Below are positions 23,341 to 35,204 of a DNA stretch of 63,165 bases, piece after piece. Every line of letters starts with the position of its first letter. The stretch's first letter is position 1. The stretch is from Negaprion brevirostris (lineage: Eukaryota). The notes under the pieces are model-generated. The model did not search any database. It was not told the origin of the DNA and saw nothing but the letters and a program-made list of their open reading frames with translations. The stretch lies in NCBI GenBank assembly GCA_030324005.1, contig JARDVH010000031.1, positions 9,380,539-9,443,703 on the forward strand, read 5' to 3'. A program made the translations under genes and the position numbers.

Positions 23341-24004
23341 AAAATATATAGCCAATGTTTTATAGTCTAGACAATCTAGAAATGTTAGTAATTCAAATTT
23401 GGTTTGCACTGCAGAAAAAGGCCAGAGCAGGTTTTGGTTCAGATTGATTTATGATTCCATTTCCATTCAATGGACGCAATTTATACTTGACCTCGGAGTG
23501 GCCTGGATTTGGACTGCATTCAATCAGCTGGAACTGTTCTTTATTCCATGCCATACATCTTCACGTTTGGCATTTTTGTTACAGGATTGTAAAAGGTAGA
23601 TATTAATATAGTGAGGGACCCACAGAGAGATCTTTTCTGGGGTATTGAATTCTATAGTAAAGGAACATGTCAGCACTAATTCAGACTGAGATCTAGCCCC
23701 ACCGGTAATGACAATCTGTCACATTACCTTATTTCAAGGTCAGTCTGGATAATGAGTGTAAACAGACCATTTGGCTACGTGAAGTGTCATGGTTGTGTCT
23801 GATGTGGTGGTGGAAGCGGATGTCATATCAAGACAGACTGAGGGGAATGAATCACAGTGAATTTCAGCATCATCATCACTGAGATCTGCGAACTCAGCAC
23901 AAGCCAGAGGTTCAAATAGAAACCCTCTTGGTCCATACAGTTTGCAAAGCTGTCATTGGCTATAGGTGCAGCCCCTCAACCATAGAATTACATAATTAGT
24001 TTTC

Positions 24005-24352
24005 TGATCCCCCATGGCATCACACCCTCCATATCTCTGTGGGCTCCTCCAGCCTGACAACTCTCCAAGATCGCTTCTAATTCTGTCCTCCTGTGCATCT
24101 CTGGTTTCCTTCACTCTACCATTCGTGATCATGCTTTCAGTTGCCTAGGATCAAACCTCTGAAATTTCTCCCTTAAATCTCCTTCTTCAAAGCACTCCTT
24201 AAAACCTCCCTCATTGACCAAATGTTCTAANNNNNNNNNNTAATATCTCCTTACGCAGATTGGTGTCAAAAACTGTCTGCTAACACTCCTACCGAAGTGA
24301 AGTTGGAAATTTTACTGCTTTAAAGATGCCCTATTATTATACCCTCTTGTTG
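24005..24352 (+). mobile_element. L2-type LINE 3' end
   Basis: CTCCTCCAGCC..ACAAC..CTACCATT..GCTTTCAGTTGCCTAGG..CTCCTTAAAACCT..TAATATCTCCTT..GGTGTCAAA. Confidence 0.7.
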
Positions 24353-24519
24353 ATGGTAAGACATTATAGGACAACTCAGTGACAAAACGTTAATTTGGAA
24401 ATTATTGAGGGTTTGTTGTAATTCTAAACAAGTGAGTGAGATTTGACCTAAAGCATTATGGTGGTCAACTCTCAGCAGAAAGTGTTGTGGCAGAGTTCAA
24501 GTTTGTAAATTACGTGATG

Positions 24520-24730
24520 AGGACAATGATGTTTAGGAAAATAGCTGCCATTCGGCAGGCTCCATTAAGGCAGTCAAGGAGAAATTAGATTATTTTCTAG
24601 AAAGGAAAAATGTGCTGAGTTACAGGGCGAAGACGGGAGAAAGACGTTAGGTAGCTTCTCAGTTGGAGGGCTGATGCAGACATGATGGGCCAAATGGCTT
24701 CGATCTGCACTGTAAAAAATCTGTGATTCC
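24520..24730 (+). mobile_element. CR1 LINE 3' UTR fragment
   Basis: TCAAGGAGAAATTAGATTATTTT..GCAGACATGATGGGCCAAATGGCTTC..TGCACTGTAA..TCTGTGATTC. Confidence 0.7.
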
Positions 24731-25613
24731 CTGTTGCTCCATGTTCCAACACTTACAAGCTAAAAAAGAGAAAGAACTTTCGTAACTTCCCAAAGCATTT
24801 TGTAAGTAATGAAGTACTTTTGAACACTAGACACTTACGTAATGAAAGGAGGATGGCAGCCATTTTGCACATAGCAAGGTCTAATTTTGGACCTGGGAGA
24901 AGATGGAAGGCCTATTTAGATTTGACATGACCTGACAATGCTGATGAACTTCTTCCTCAGTGTGGAACATTTCGGAAAAGGAAAGCAAAAGTGCCACATT
25001 GAATTGATTCAAAGCAAGCTGGTTACAGAGCCACTGGAACAGTTTGTGTAATGAATCAGAAATTGAGTACCATGGTATCTGATTAACCTTCTCACTGGTG
25101 GAAAGCCACTTGCACATTTAAACAATATGTTTCCTCAGCAACGTTAAGCGATGCTTGGGTAGATGCTGGTAACTTAATGCCATTGATTTAGATGGGACAA
25201 AGACTGAGGGCAAACTATTTTATTGGTACTACAGAGTTCATCACCCCCTGCGTGTTCCTGTCTCATTCCTTCAATAAGTCAAATACATGTTCCTCTTTTC
25301 CTACAAGCTCACTGATCTGAACTCAAGATTCATCACACTCTCTGACACATACAGTCATTTCATCCAGAACTTCAAAATTACAGACTTCTTCAGCCTCACC
25401 TTCCTCTTATAATTTTTAGGCTTGAAAAATCCAAGCTGAACATTCATTATCTAATTTATGCCTTTCAATTTACTTTGGTGATTTCTGAGCCTTGGTGATG
25501 CCCTGGGCTTGGGTCTTGGTCCCACCACATCACATTTTGAAAGAACATTTATTACATTGCATAAAAATAGAACTTGCAACATGACATCAGGCCATTCAGC
25601 CCAACTGGTCTGT

Positions 25614-25887
25614 GCAGCACAGTGGCACAGTGGTTAGTACTGCTGCCTCACAGAGACCTTGGTTCGATTCCCAGCTTGGGTCAGATTCCTGGCTTGGGTC
25701 ACTGTCTGTGTGGAGTGTGCACACTCTCCCCATGGATTTCCTCTGGTTTTCTCCCACAGTCCAAGAGACGTGCTGGCTATGCTAAATTCTCTCTCAGTGT
25801 ACCTGGATAGGTATGGCGACTGGGGAATTTTCACATTAATCTCAATGCAGAGTTAATGTAAGCCTACTTGTTACTAAAATAACTTTA
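25614..25887 (+). mobile_element. HE1-type tRNA SINE, near full length, with internal 18-bp duplication
   Basis: GCAGCACAGTGGCACAGTGGTTAGTACTGCTGCCTCACAG..GGTTCGATTCCC; GATTCCCAGCTTGGGTCA and GATTCCTGGCTTGGGTCA in tandem; tail GTAAGCCTACTTGTTACTAAAATAACTTT. Confidence 0.9.
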
Positions 25888-25889
25888 AT

Positions 25890-26158
25890 TGACGCTTCTG
25901 ATTCACCCCAGCTAAATCCCACCCTACCGCATCGCAACCATCTACATAGTGTTCTTTTCCTTTCTTTCTCTGGTTTTGTCTTTGAACAATCCATGCTATT
26001 CACCCTACCAAAGCGACGCTGCAAATCATGCCCCTAGATTGCCTGCGCACTGAGTGCCAGAAGATCTGGATTGAAAATTTGGCTGTCCAGCTGGGGAGAG
26101 ATACACACCAGTTTTCAGTCTGAAAATGACACTGACAGATTTTGTGAGAATTCCACTT
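25890..26158 (-). mobile_element. Fragment of non-autonomous DNA element
   Basis: Ends GAAAATGACACT..TTTTGTGAGAATTCCACT, the reverse complement of a left end like that of 14193. Confidence 0.45.
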
Positions 26159-26614
26159 GAGGTATATTTGTAATCTATCATGACATTAGTCGAACTAGTA
26201 TATTCCAGCCCTAATTAACTCTAGCCTGATATTAAAAAAACACTCCCCATTATAACTTTAGCATGAGAAACTGCCAGGATAAAGTTTCTCTTTCAACAGA
26301 AGAATGACTGTACCCCTCCGTAATTAATGATCTGCTAACAAGATCACGTTCTCAAGAGTCACACTTGTGAACGTACCCTCAGCAGTTGAACCATACAAAG
26401 TTGTACTCCTGCAATTTCATTAGCAGATTGTTAATTATAAATAAAAGCAAGTGTTACCTTCCCTTTGATTAACTGTGGGAATTCCAGCCTCTGCCTTTGG
26501 CTTGGAAGAGAATGAGCTCCATAGGAAATAGATGGAGATGAAAGCAGCCCATTTTTAGTTTAGATCCACAGGTCACCGGGGATGTACAATGATATAGATT
26601 CATTTCTCACATTT

Positions 26615-26730
26615 CATACAATCATAAAATCTACAGTGCAGAAGGAGACCATTTGGCCCATCGAGACTGCACCAACAACAATCCCACCCAGGTCTTGTCC
26701 TATCCCTGTAACCCTACTTATTTACCCTCC
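26615..26730 (-). mobile_element. HE1/HER1-type 3' tail
   Basis: ATCATAAAATCTACAGTGCAGAAGGAGACCATTTGGCCCATCGAG.CTGCACC, as at 33225-33290. Confidence 0.75.
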
Positions 26731-26894
26731 TGATTGAAGGTTTATTGCAAGGTAATCTGTGATTATACTTCTCTGATTAATCCATTACCACATTTTGTAT
26801 TTTAGAGAAGAAATCTGTTGTTGGACATTGTCATAGCATTTGATTTACATGGACAAAAATTACTATCATAGCTTCATTCACGTGAGAATTTTCG

Positions 26895-27150
26895 ATTTTC
26901 CTCACTCAGCCATTGGTGAAGCCTTCAGCAACCCAGATCCTAAATTCTGGAATTCCCTTTGTCAATCTCTCTGTCTTTCCATCTCTTTCTCCTTCCTTAA
27001 GATTCTCCTTCACAGCTACCTTTTTGATCAAGATCTTGATTACATGCCCTAACGTGGCTGTGTGTCAAATTTTAGCAGATTACAATCCCGTGTAAGGCTC
27101 TGGGACACTTTACTATTTTGAAGGGGCTATATAAACACAAGCTGTTGTTT
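26895..27150 (+). mobile_element. L2-type LINE 3' end
   Basis: CCATTGGT..GCCTTCAGC..TGGAATTCCCT..CCTTAAGATTCTCCTT..GGCTATATAAACACAAGCTGTTGTT. Confidence 0.7.
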
Positions 27151-27509
27151 TAAGGGAAATTATGAAACTAAGTGGCTGAGAAGTAATTAGTAGGCATGAG
27201 AAATAATTGAAGCATCCTGCTCAAGGTAGAAGATACGGTAACCATTCCTGTGATGGCTTATAGGGTTCCTTGCATTGAATAGCTAAACCACACAGACCAG
27301 AAAGCTCTGGCCTCAGGCATGATTTCTGGTTTGTGCTGAAGTGTAATATATGTTCTAAACAGCTCTAGGTGGGTGTAAAACATCAAGGGATCCTGATCTG
27401 AATTGCAACCATTCATTCCGCAATAGGTGAGCGTGGGCTGTCACAGTGAGTAGTAGTCCGTCGTCAGAAATGTTCATTGTACTTGCAAGTGAAAAATACA
27501 CCGATGTTT

Positions 27510-28775
27510 TTGATGCAGCTGTTGATAAACATAGTGCAGTAGATGTATATATGGTCTTTCAAAAGACATTTAATATAATACTACCTCGCAGACTGATTAT
27601 GAAAGTAGGAATACAGAGAATTAAAGCAGTAATTTGAGTATGTACTTATTAAGACATAGGAAGCAGAGAGTAGTGGTGGACTGTTGTTTTCCTAACCAAA
27701 GGAAAAATTGCAGTGAGCAACTCTAATGATTTGTATTGGGAGCATTGCACTTCTCATACATAAATGACCTGAACTTGAATATCTGGAGAAAAATTTTGAA
27801 GTTTGTAGATAATATAAAATCTGGTAATACAGTAAATAGTAATGAGAGTAGTAACAGAGTCCAGGAGGACATGGACAGCTTGGAGAAATTGGGTGACACA
27901 CGGCAGGTACAATTTAATATGGGCAAGTGTGGTGGGATGTACTTTGGGAAAAACAGCATAGTGAGGCAGTCAAATCTGAATGGCGTTGAGTGCCTTTGAA
28001 CAAGGAATGCCCAACTCCCCCCCACCGTGGAAACTCACAAGTAACCTCAACAGGGTTTGCTTTTTGGAATTCCTGCATGTTGAGTCCCCAACACTAGTGG
28101 GATGAGGCCCTTAAGCAGGATTAATTGGGCCACAGCAGGAAGAGGACAGAATCCCCATCTCATCTGATTAACTGACCCCATTTACCTCAGGGGCTGGCAT
28201 CAAATTCAAACATATAATACAAAAAAAATTATATTAAATATTACAAAACACTGGTTAAGTCTCACCTAAAGGACTGCATACAACTTCGGGCATCACACTT
28301 TTGCAACATTGTCAAGATTTTGGAGGGGATGGGGAGGAAAGATACCAGGATACTGCCAAGGTCAAAGGAGTTCAATTCTGTAGAGAGATTGAGAAGCTGG
28401 GATTTTTCTCCTTAAAGCAGAGAAGGTTAAGAGCAATTCTAACAATGGTTCAAAATTATGAAGGGTTCTGATGGAACAAGTTTTTGAAAGATGGTTTCCC
28501 CTGGGAAGTGGGTTGGTAGCAAGAGGGCAAAGATTTTAAAATAATTGCTAAAATAACTAGAGGGGACATTAGGGGAAATGTCTTCATGCCGAGGTTTGTT
28601 TAAGTTGCTGCCTGGAATCAAATTCCAGGCAAAATTTCATAAGACAGTTGGAGATGCACTGAAGAGAATTCATTTGCAGGATTATCAGGAAAAAGATGGG
28701 CCATTTTACTAACTGGACAGTGCTTTCAATGAGGCAGGACTAAGTGACCACCTTCTGTGCTAATGTTGTATTATT
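27510..28775 (+). mobile_element. Degenerate CR1 LINE (RT to 3' tail) with unrelated ~200-bp insert at ~28000-28195
   Basis: AVDVYMVFQKTF (xDFxKAFD), YINDL..ILKFVDNIK (FADD), VQEDMDSL..QVQFNMGKC, then ACACTGGTTAAGTCTCACCT, AGAAGGTTAAGAG and CR1 UTR. Confidence 0.85.
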
Positions 28776-29621
28776 ATTTAGTTAATTATAGGTCGCTGGA
28801 AGTATCACTGAAATACTATTTTATTTCTGTTTGATAGTACAGGTAATTGTAAAGCTCTTTTTCACAATGAATGTGTATGCAATTGTTTTATTAGTCCCCT
28901 AAGGCCTCCTTTCATACAAAAGACTGGGACAACCATTTCTTTAGTCTGTCAAATCAACAAAATGCACATATTTTACCAGAAAAGATGAAAGCTGCCATCA
29001 AAGTGGGGAGAGAATAAACATTTCCAGCACCACATTAGTACATCTTCAACACATTTGTACATGCCTCACAGTTACTCACTGGGATTACATGGACTTCTTT
29101 AAGCAACATCTGACAGAATAGCAATTAGGTGAAGAGCTTGCTTGATTTGAAGAATGTGAACGTTGGTTGACTGGATACCAAGACCCCAATTACTGCAGTG
29201 CAGCAGATGCAACACTGCAGCAGCTCTTCAATACTGCACTGAGGCCGCTGCAAGAAACACATGATGCATTTCTCACAAGTGCAGATTTAAACTCATTACA
29301 TTCTGAATTCTGAGCCAGAGTTCAATTGAAAGGTTCAGTAGCCATGATGCTGTTTGGAAACAGCATTTGTTCAAACTGGGATTGGAGGTGAAGATGCTTA
29401 CTTGTCGTTATAAAGTTTACAGTTCAGTCAAACATGTAAATACCAATTTTTCCAATGATTAAAAATTTGCTGGATCTTACAATTTGCCCTGTTTGTCAGA
29501 TTAACTCCTGCACTCTTCCTTTCAAAAAGCTTTTTGCTCACCAAGTTTCTGGAAATCTGACTAAAATTCTCCAGTGACAACAATGGGGCAAATGCACCCT
29601 TCATGAACTATGATACCAGCA

Positions 29622-29881
29622 ATGGAACGGATGCGTTTAGAGTAGCTAAGAGTAGTGGGCGAGAAGAGGATTGGGAGAGGTTTAAATGTCAACAAAGAAT
29701 GACANNNNNNNNNNNNNNNNNNNNNNNNNNNNNNNNNNNNNNNNNNNNNNNNNNNNNNNNNNNNNNNNNNNNNNNNNNNNNNNNNNNNNNNNNNNNNNNN
29801 NNNNATCTTATTGAATGATGGGGCAGGCTCGAGGGGCTAGATGGCCTACTCCTGCTCCTATTTCTTATGTTCTTATGTTCT
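29622..29881 (+). mobile_element. CR1 LINE collapsed across a 100-N gap
   Basis: Left piece DAFRVAKSSGREEDWERFKCQQRMT (ORF2 tether region); right piece is the CR1 3' end GGGGCAGGCTCGAGGGGC..CCTACTCCTGCTCCTATTTCTTATGTTCTTATG. Confidence 0.8.
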
Positions 29882-30049
29882 AAACAATGAGCTTGAAGAA
29901 ATAAAGAGCAGGAAGGCCAGAAAAACTGTCAGCAGATAATACACATCGGAAAGTAACCTGCAGCCTTTCCTAATAAATCAGGTGCCTCTTCATCAGTAAA
30001 AACTGCTGGTCAATTTGTACTTTAATAATGGCATAAATCATGCACATAG

Positions 30050-30310
30050 TGTGGTTTTTCAGCCAAACGCTAGTTTCCTGTCACCAGTGCCCTTTATTGT
30101 GCACCAAAGGAAAAGCCCACACCCGTGGCTTACAGTCAGGCAATTTTCACCTTGAGACCTATCACTCTGGTTGGGTAAACTTACAGGCTTAAAACCCCCA
30201 CTTGTGGTTTCCATTGGGCGAGCCTCAGTCTTCTCAAAGGCAGGTCGTACTCCACAAAGTCCATGGATAGATCTATTCATAACCTCATGGCCTTTGTGGT
30301 TGTCATAACA
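30050..30310 (-). repeat. Gypsy 3' LTR
   Basis: Minus strand starts TGTTATGACAACCACAAAGGCC after AAAGAGGGAGGGA, contains AATAAA and ends ..AACCACA. Confidence 0.85.
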
Positions 30311-30639
30311 TCCCTCCCTCTTTAAGTCTGTATCTCTCCCAGTACTCCCACTGCGTGGAGATCTTTTCCATCGTTTGGTGCTCAGGCAGAAGACTATTGA
30401 CGGCAGAGCTGGGTCAAGTGGTGTAAACTGGATAGGGAACCTCCCCTTTTGGAGTGAGTGTTGCAGACTTACTGAAGCAGGTTCCTCCTTCAGCCCTGAG
30501 ACCCACTTCTTCAGCCTCATCTCTGAGTCCACACCTTTGCTATTCGGAGGGGCCAACTGGAGTCAACTTCAAGCTGAGGGCTGGCATTGGCAGTGATTAT
30601 CTCCACGGCTGGTGGCAGGGCCAGCTTGGCCCTGACTTG

Positions 30640-32565
30640 AGCTGGTCGAAGTGCTTCTTTAGAGTTTGGTACACCGTACCAAAGGGATTCATCTAGGACT
30701 ATCCTTGAAGTTTGCTACATGAACCAGATCACCCGATGAGAAAGTTCTTTCTGTCTTTGCGGAATCAAAGTTTCTTTTTTGTGTTTCCTGTTGGGACTTG
30801 CTTCCCTGCCAAATTTGGGAGTACTAGGCTCAATCTGGTACAAAAGTCTTGTCCCATCAACAAGACCTGTTGTTGTGTGCAGTGTGGTTTTATAATTAAA
30901 GAAAAAATTTGCCAGATTAGACTCCATGGATGCCACTGGTATTTTTCATCATACCATTTTTGAAGGTTTGAACTGCTTGTTGTGCCAGTCCATTTGATGA
31001 CACTGATAAGGTGCAATATGGACATGTCAGTTGCCACTGGATAGCACAAAGCTCTGGAAATCACCGCCAGTGAAGCTATGTCATTATTGGAAAGAAGGAT
31101 TTCTAGTACTCTGTGTGTGCCAAAGCTTTACCGCAATTTCTTGATCATAGCTTGAGTAGTCCATACAGTGCACCTCCAAGCACTTGGACTGTGCATCCAC
31201 CATGATTAAAAACATAGAACCCATGAAAGGACCTGCAAAGTCCACATGTACACACATCCTGCCAGGCCACTCTTGTGGCTGTAGGGAGTCTGAGGATGAG
31301 AAATTTTGGTTTTCCTGGCACAGGTCACGTGATGTCAGTCAAAACTGGGCCACCAGACATAACTTCTGGTGAGCATCTTAACTTTGATATTCTGGGGGGC
31401 CATTATGTAGTTCTGTTAATATTGGACATCGTTCTGGGGCAAAACAGTTACTCAAGAATCATCCTGTCCTCAACACTAAGTTCAGATTTCTTAGTGAGGT
31501 AGTGTCGTCCTTGGAATCCACCGTGTAAATTCATGCGCCTAACCTTGGATTAGGTTGGGCTTTTTGGGTCCAGGCTTTGATCTGCCTTGCTGACACAGCA
31601 AAGTCTCCAGTTCATGAAAATCTAACCTGCAGGACATCTTCTAGATTGACCAGATGTTCCTGTTCTGAAGCCCCATGACCAAGATATCATCTAAGTACAC
31701 TGCTAACTTGGGTAGCCCTTGAAGCATGTTCTCCATAACTCTGACAACACCCCAAAGGCAAATGGGTATACTTGAAGCATCCCTTGTGTGTCGATTGCCA
31801 TATATTTCCGGGAGGACCCAACCAATTCATGCTGGAGATAGGAGTGGCTCATGTCTAACGTGGAGAACCTCTTGTCACCTGTTAACTTGGTGTACAGATC
31901 TTCGATCTGGGCATAGGATATCATTTGAGTTTGGAAACCCAATTTACTGCCAGTTTACAGTCCCTGCAAGGATGAATTGATTTGTCAGGCTTACTAATAA
32001 GTACGAGCCATTCTGCAAATTGCACCAGCCTTATTATACCCAAACTTTCAAAGTGTCTTAGTTTGGTTTCCACCTTCTCCAGCATTGACTAAGGGACTAG
32101 CCTGGTTTAGAAGCATGCAGGTGTAGCATTTTGGAGTCAATGTGGATCTTAGTCTTGCCTCCTTTCCCCAGGNNNNNNNNNNAAAACTCTAGGATATCGA
32201 CTGATAACTTAATACAGTCTCCCCTAGCCTACCCTGAAGATTTCCAACCAGTTGAACCAAATCTGTTGGATTCAATCTCTTCCCATGAGGCTTGGTCTCT
32301 GCCACCAGACAACAATGAGTGGGAAATGAACTGATTGTTGTCTATTAGTCACTGGGGTGACTGTGGTGTTTCTTATTTGTAAAGGTTCCCACATGTAGCT
32401 GGCTAGCCTGCACTTCATATCTTCCAACCTCATGAGTTCGATGCCTGATTTGAGGTGCTTACAGATCTGTTCTCTGATAATGGAGACTGCGGCTCCCATG
32501 ACCACCTCCATCTTCAAGTGATGGCCATTTACTAGTAACTCTATTATTATTAGGACAACTTTCAT
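30640..32565 (-). pseudogene. pol: Gypsy pol remnant (protease, RT, integrase; RNase H deleted)
   Basis: VNGHHLKMEVVMGAAVSI (degenerate DTG), FSTLDMSHSYLQ, AVYLDDILV, ARSYVWWP, DFAGPFMGSMFLIMVDAQSK, LANFFFNYKTTLHTTTG. Confidence 0.85.
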
Positions 32566-32782
32566 GGTTATAATATGATTCAGTTGTAGTTTCCCTATCT
32601 CTGGAAGAGAAGATACCTACATGGTACCAGCCTCAGACTCCTTCCAATGCAGCATAAGTTTTGCCTGTTCCAGAAACATAACTGTGTAGTAATCCATCAA
32701 CTGTCAACTACACTGTTTTGGAGTATGTTCTTAAATACTCCTGGAGTCTGCACTGCCGTTCCTTAACTGCCTGGTGGTGACA

Positions 32783-33619
32783 TTAGGGCTCCCATCTCAA
32801 ATGAGGCCCTTTAATAATTGTTGACACAAGCATTCTCCATTGAGGTCCCTCCCCCTTGTTGGAAGATATGCTGCCTGATGTCCCTTGTAGCTCCTGAGGC
32901 CTTTTCTCTGTGTTCTCAAGTGATAAGGTAACTTCAAAGGCACTTTTTAAGTTCACATTGGATTCTGCCAACAGCTTCTTTTGGATGGTTAGGTCATTTA
33001 TATCACATACCAATCTGTTCTTCAACATTTCATTAAGAGGCTGTCCAAATTCACAGTGTTCAGTTAGTTTCTGCAACCTAGCCAAGAAGTCAATGACAGG
33101 TTCTTCGGAGGTTCTCCCAAACATGTTAAAACAGTATTGCTGGAGAATTACTGAGGGCTTCCAGTTGGAGTGGATTTTTAACTTTCATTAGAAAGTTTTG
33201 AGTCAGGGACATCGGGATAGAATCAATCATAGAATCCCCACAGTGCAGAAGGAGGCCAATCAGCCCATCTCATTTGCACCGACTCTACAACTGAGTATAT
33301 TACCCAGGCCCTCTCCTCTGCCCTATCTCCACACATTTACCATGGCTAATCCATTTAACCTACACATCTTGGGACACTAAGGGGCAACTTACCATTGCCA
33401 ATCCATCTAACCTGCACATCAGTAAATTGTGAGAGGAAACCAGATCACCCAGCAGAAACCCATGCAGACACAGAGAGAATTTGCAAACTCACCCAGACAG
33501 TCACTCAAGGCTAGAATTGAACATGGGTCTCTGGCACTGTGAGGCATCAGTGCTAACCATTGTGCCACACTTAAGTCAAATATGGTATCATAGGGCCCAA
33601 GTTTCTTGAAAAGAAGCAT
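32783..33619 (-). pseudogene. gag: Gypsy gag remnant, interrupted by a SINE
   Basis: MLLFKKLGPYD start downstream of the PBS; FLARLQKLTEHCEFGQPLNEMLKNRLVCDIND..IQKKLLAE gag motif. Confidence 0.85.
33217..33569 (-). mobile_element. HE1 SINE with HER1/CR1-type tail, full length, nested in gag
   Basis: Minus: GTGGCACAATGGTTAGCACTGATGCCTCACAGTGCCAGAGACCC head; tail CCTCCTTCTGCACTGTGGGGATTCTATGATTGATTCTAT. Confidence 0.9.
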
Positions 33620-33693
33620 GATAGCTTTTTCTTACTGGAGGTTGTCCAGAGGGAAAGATGGAGGAAAAAATATGATTTTCTCCTTGTTGCCAC

Positions 33694-33896
33694 GTAGTAA
33701 TTCCGTCAAATGCCAGTTTCCTGTCACCAATGTCCTTTATTATGCACCAAAGGAAAAGGCCCTTTTTGCGGCTTACAGTCAGGTGGTCTTCACTTCAGGA
33801 CCGACAACTCTGGTCCAGATAAACGTACAGGCTTAAAACCCTCACAGGCTGCTTCCTATAGGGTGAGCCTCCGTAGCCCTTGTGATCACCATAATG
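33694..33896 (-). repeat. Gypsy 5' LTR (internally shortened)
   Basis: Shares AGTTTCCTGTCACCA, TGCACCAAAGGAAAAG, GGCTTACAGTCAGG and TACAGGCTTAAAACCC with 30050-30310. Confidence 0.85.
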
Positions 33897-33974
33897 CACA
33901 GCCATCATTTTTTTCAGCAAATGCTGGGCCAAGGATGTCGTGACAAAATGTCATCCGTCAACAAGCACTTTTAA

Positions 33975-34130
33975 ATTAATTAATCAATCTGGTCCTTACT
34001 ACAATGGTATTTGTAGGGTATTACTGTGTGCAAAACTGACTGCTGCGCTTCATCGCAACAGTATCTCAGTCACATTTCATTGGCTATAAAGGTCTCTGGG
34101 AATTCCTTAGGTGGTGAAAGTCTATTTTTC
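33975..34130 (+). mobile_element. Deu-domain SINE 3' fragment
   Basis: ATCTGGTC..CTGTGTGCAAAACTGACTGCTGCGCTTC..TTCATTGGCTATAAAG..GGTGGTGAAAG. Confidence 0.6.
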
Positions 34131-34148
34131 TTTATTCCGAGATGTGTA

Positions 34149-34285
34149 TCTTTGAAGAAGAATCATTTTAGACTCATAATGTTAACTTTGTTTCTCTCTG
34201 CACAGATGCGGCTGGACCTACTCAGCTTTTCCAGTGCTTTCTGTTTTTATTTCGTATTTCCAACATTTGCAGTATTTTGTTCTTA
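34149..34285 (+). mobile_element. Old Penelope-type terminal repeat fragment
   Basis: TTGAAGAAGAATCA..GACTCATAATGTTAACT..CACAGATGCGGCTGGACCTACTCAGCTTTTCCAG resembles a shark PLE-derived repeat with a decayed hammerhead. Confidence 0.5.
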
Positions 34286-35204
34286 CTTCCATATTGCCTG
34301 CAATGGAAGAAGCAGCTATATCTCCCCCATGTGGCAGGACAGAATTGTGAGCACCAACTGTCTGGAACAGTGGTACATACCCAAAGCCCTGCTCCTAAAT
34401 CTCACAACCATTTAGCGAACAAAAATGCTGCAGGAGTGAGTTTGATTCCAAATAACACATGTCACAAGGTAGCCGCACAAGCAAGGAGCAAGAGCAAAGC
34501 TCGTCTAGTTTATCAACGTCACCCGAGCTCCCGAGAGGTCCAGTGTCCTTGAAAGCTGCTCTGCAGAGTTGTTGCTCTTTCTGAGTCTATGCAGGTAGAA
34601 AGCTTGACTCTCATTTGCTTCAGTTTACCTTGAGCCTTGCCGTTGGCAGAAGAGGACAAGGAAATTTTCAATGCAAGACTTGCAATGAATGCAGTGCTCA
34701 GCTACTGTTATAGCAGATTGGACCCATACAGATATAGGCCTTTGTTTGCACAACCCCTAACAGGGAAAACAACTGCATTCTATGAGACCAGACCAGGCCT
34801 CTCAGATACATTGATCTTGATAAAATGCAGGAGCTTTTACTCTCATGCTTCATGATATTGTCAGAATCCACTCACACTAAACAGCTTAATGACTCAACCT
34901 ACTTTGGCGTTTATTCTGCTCACACTGCAGTGTGACTAGTTGATTGAGATATCGAGCAATGGCCAAGTGAGTTGCAATTAATTAAAAAATGTGTGCAGCT
35001 CCCTGTCAGTTTGCTCCTAATTTTGATCTCCCTGGGGACATCAAAGCAGCATTATGTTTTAGCCTAGTCCTGAAATCTCAATAGCTACACCATCACATTC
35101 TGCATCTTCTGCCAGGTTTCCTATAAGTTGACAGTGTCGCCTTTGGTTACCCATGTTCTCTCAACCATTCCTTATACTTGTATTCCAGTGTCATTTGTCA
35201 GGAT

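Larger units (their letters stand above)
30050..33896 (-). mobile_element. Gypsy LTR retrotransposon with both LTRs, degenerate and partly deleted
   Basis: Two homologous LTRs (30050-30310, 33694-33896), PPT at 30311-30323, PBS-like TGGCAACAAGGA at 33681-33692, gag-PR-RT-IN order on the minus strand, flanks CATAG/CACAG. Confidence 0.9.

Noticed and set aside
30050-33896. Domesticated gag/pol gene or endogenous retrovirus with env
   Set aside because: Frames are broken by many stops and frameshifts, the protease catalytic Asp is lost, and there is no room or motif for env between integrase and PPT.
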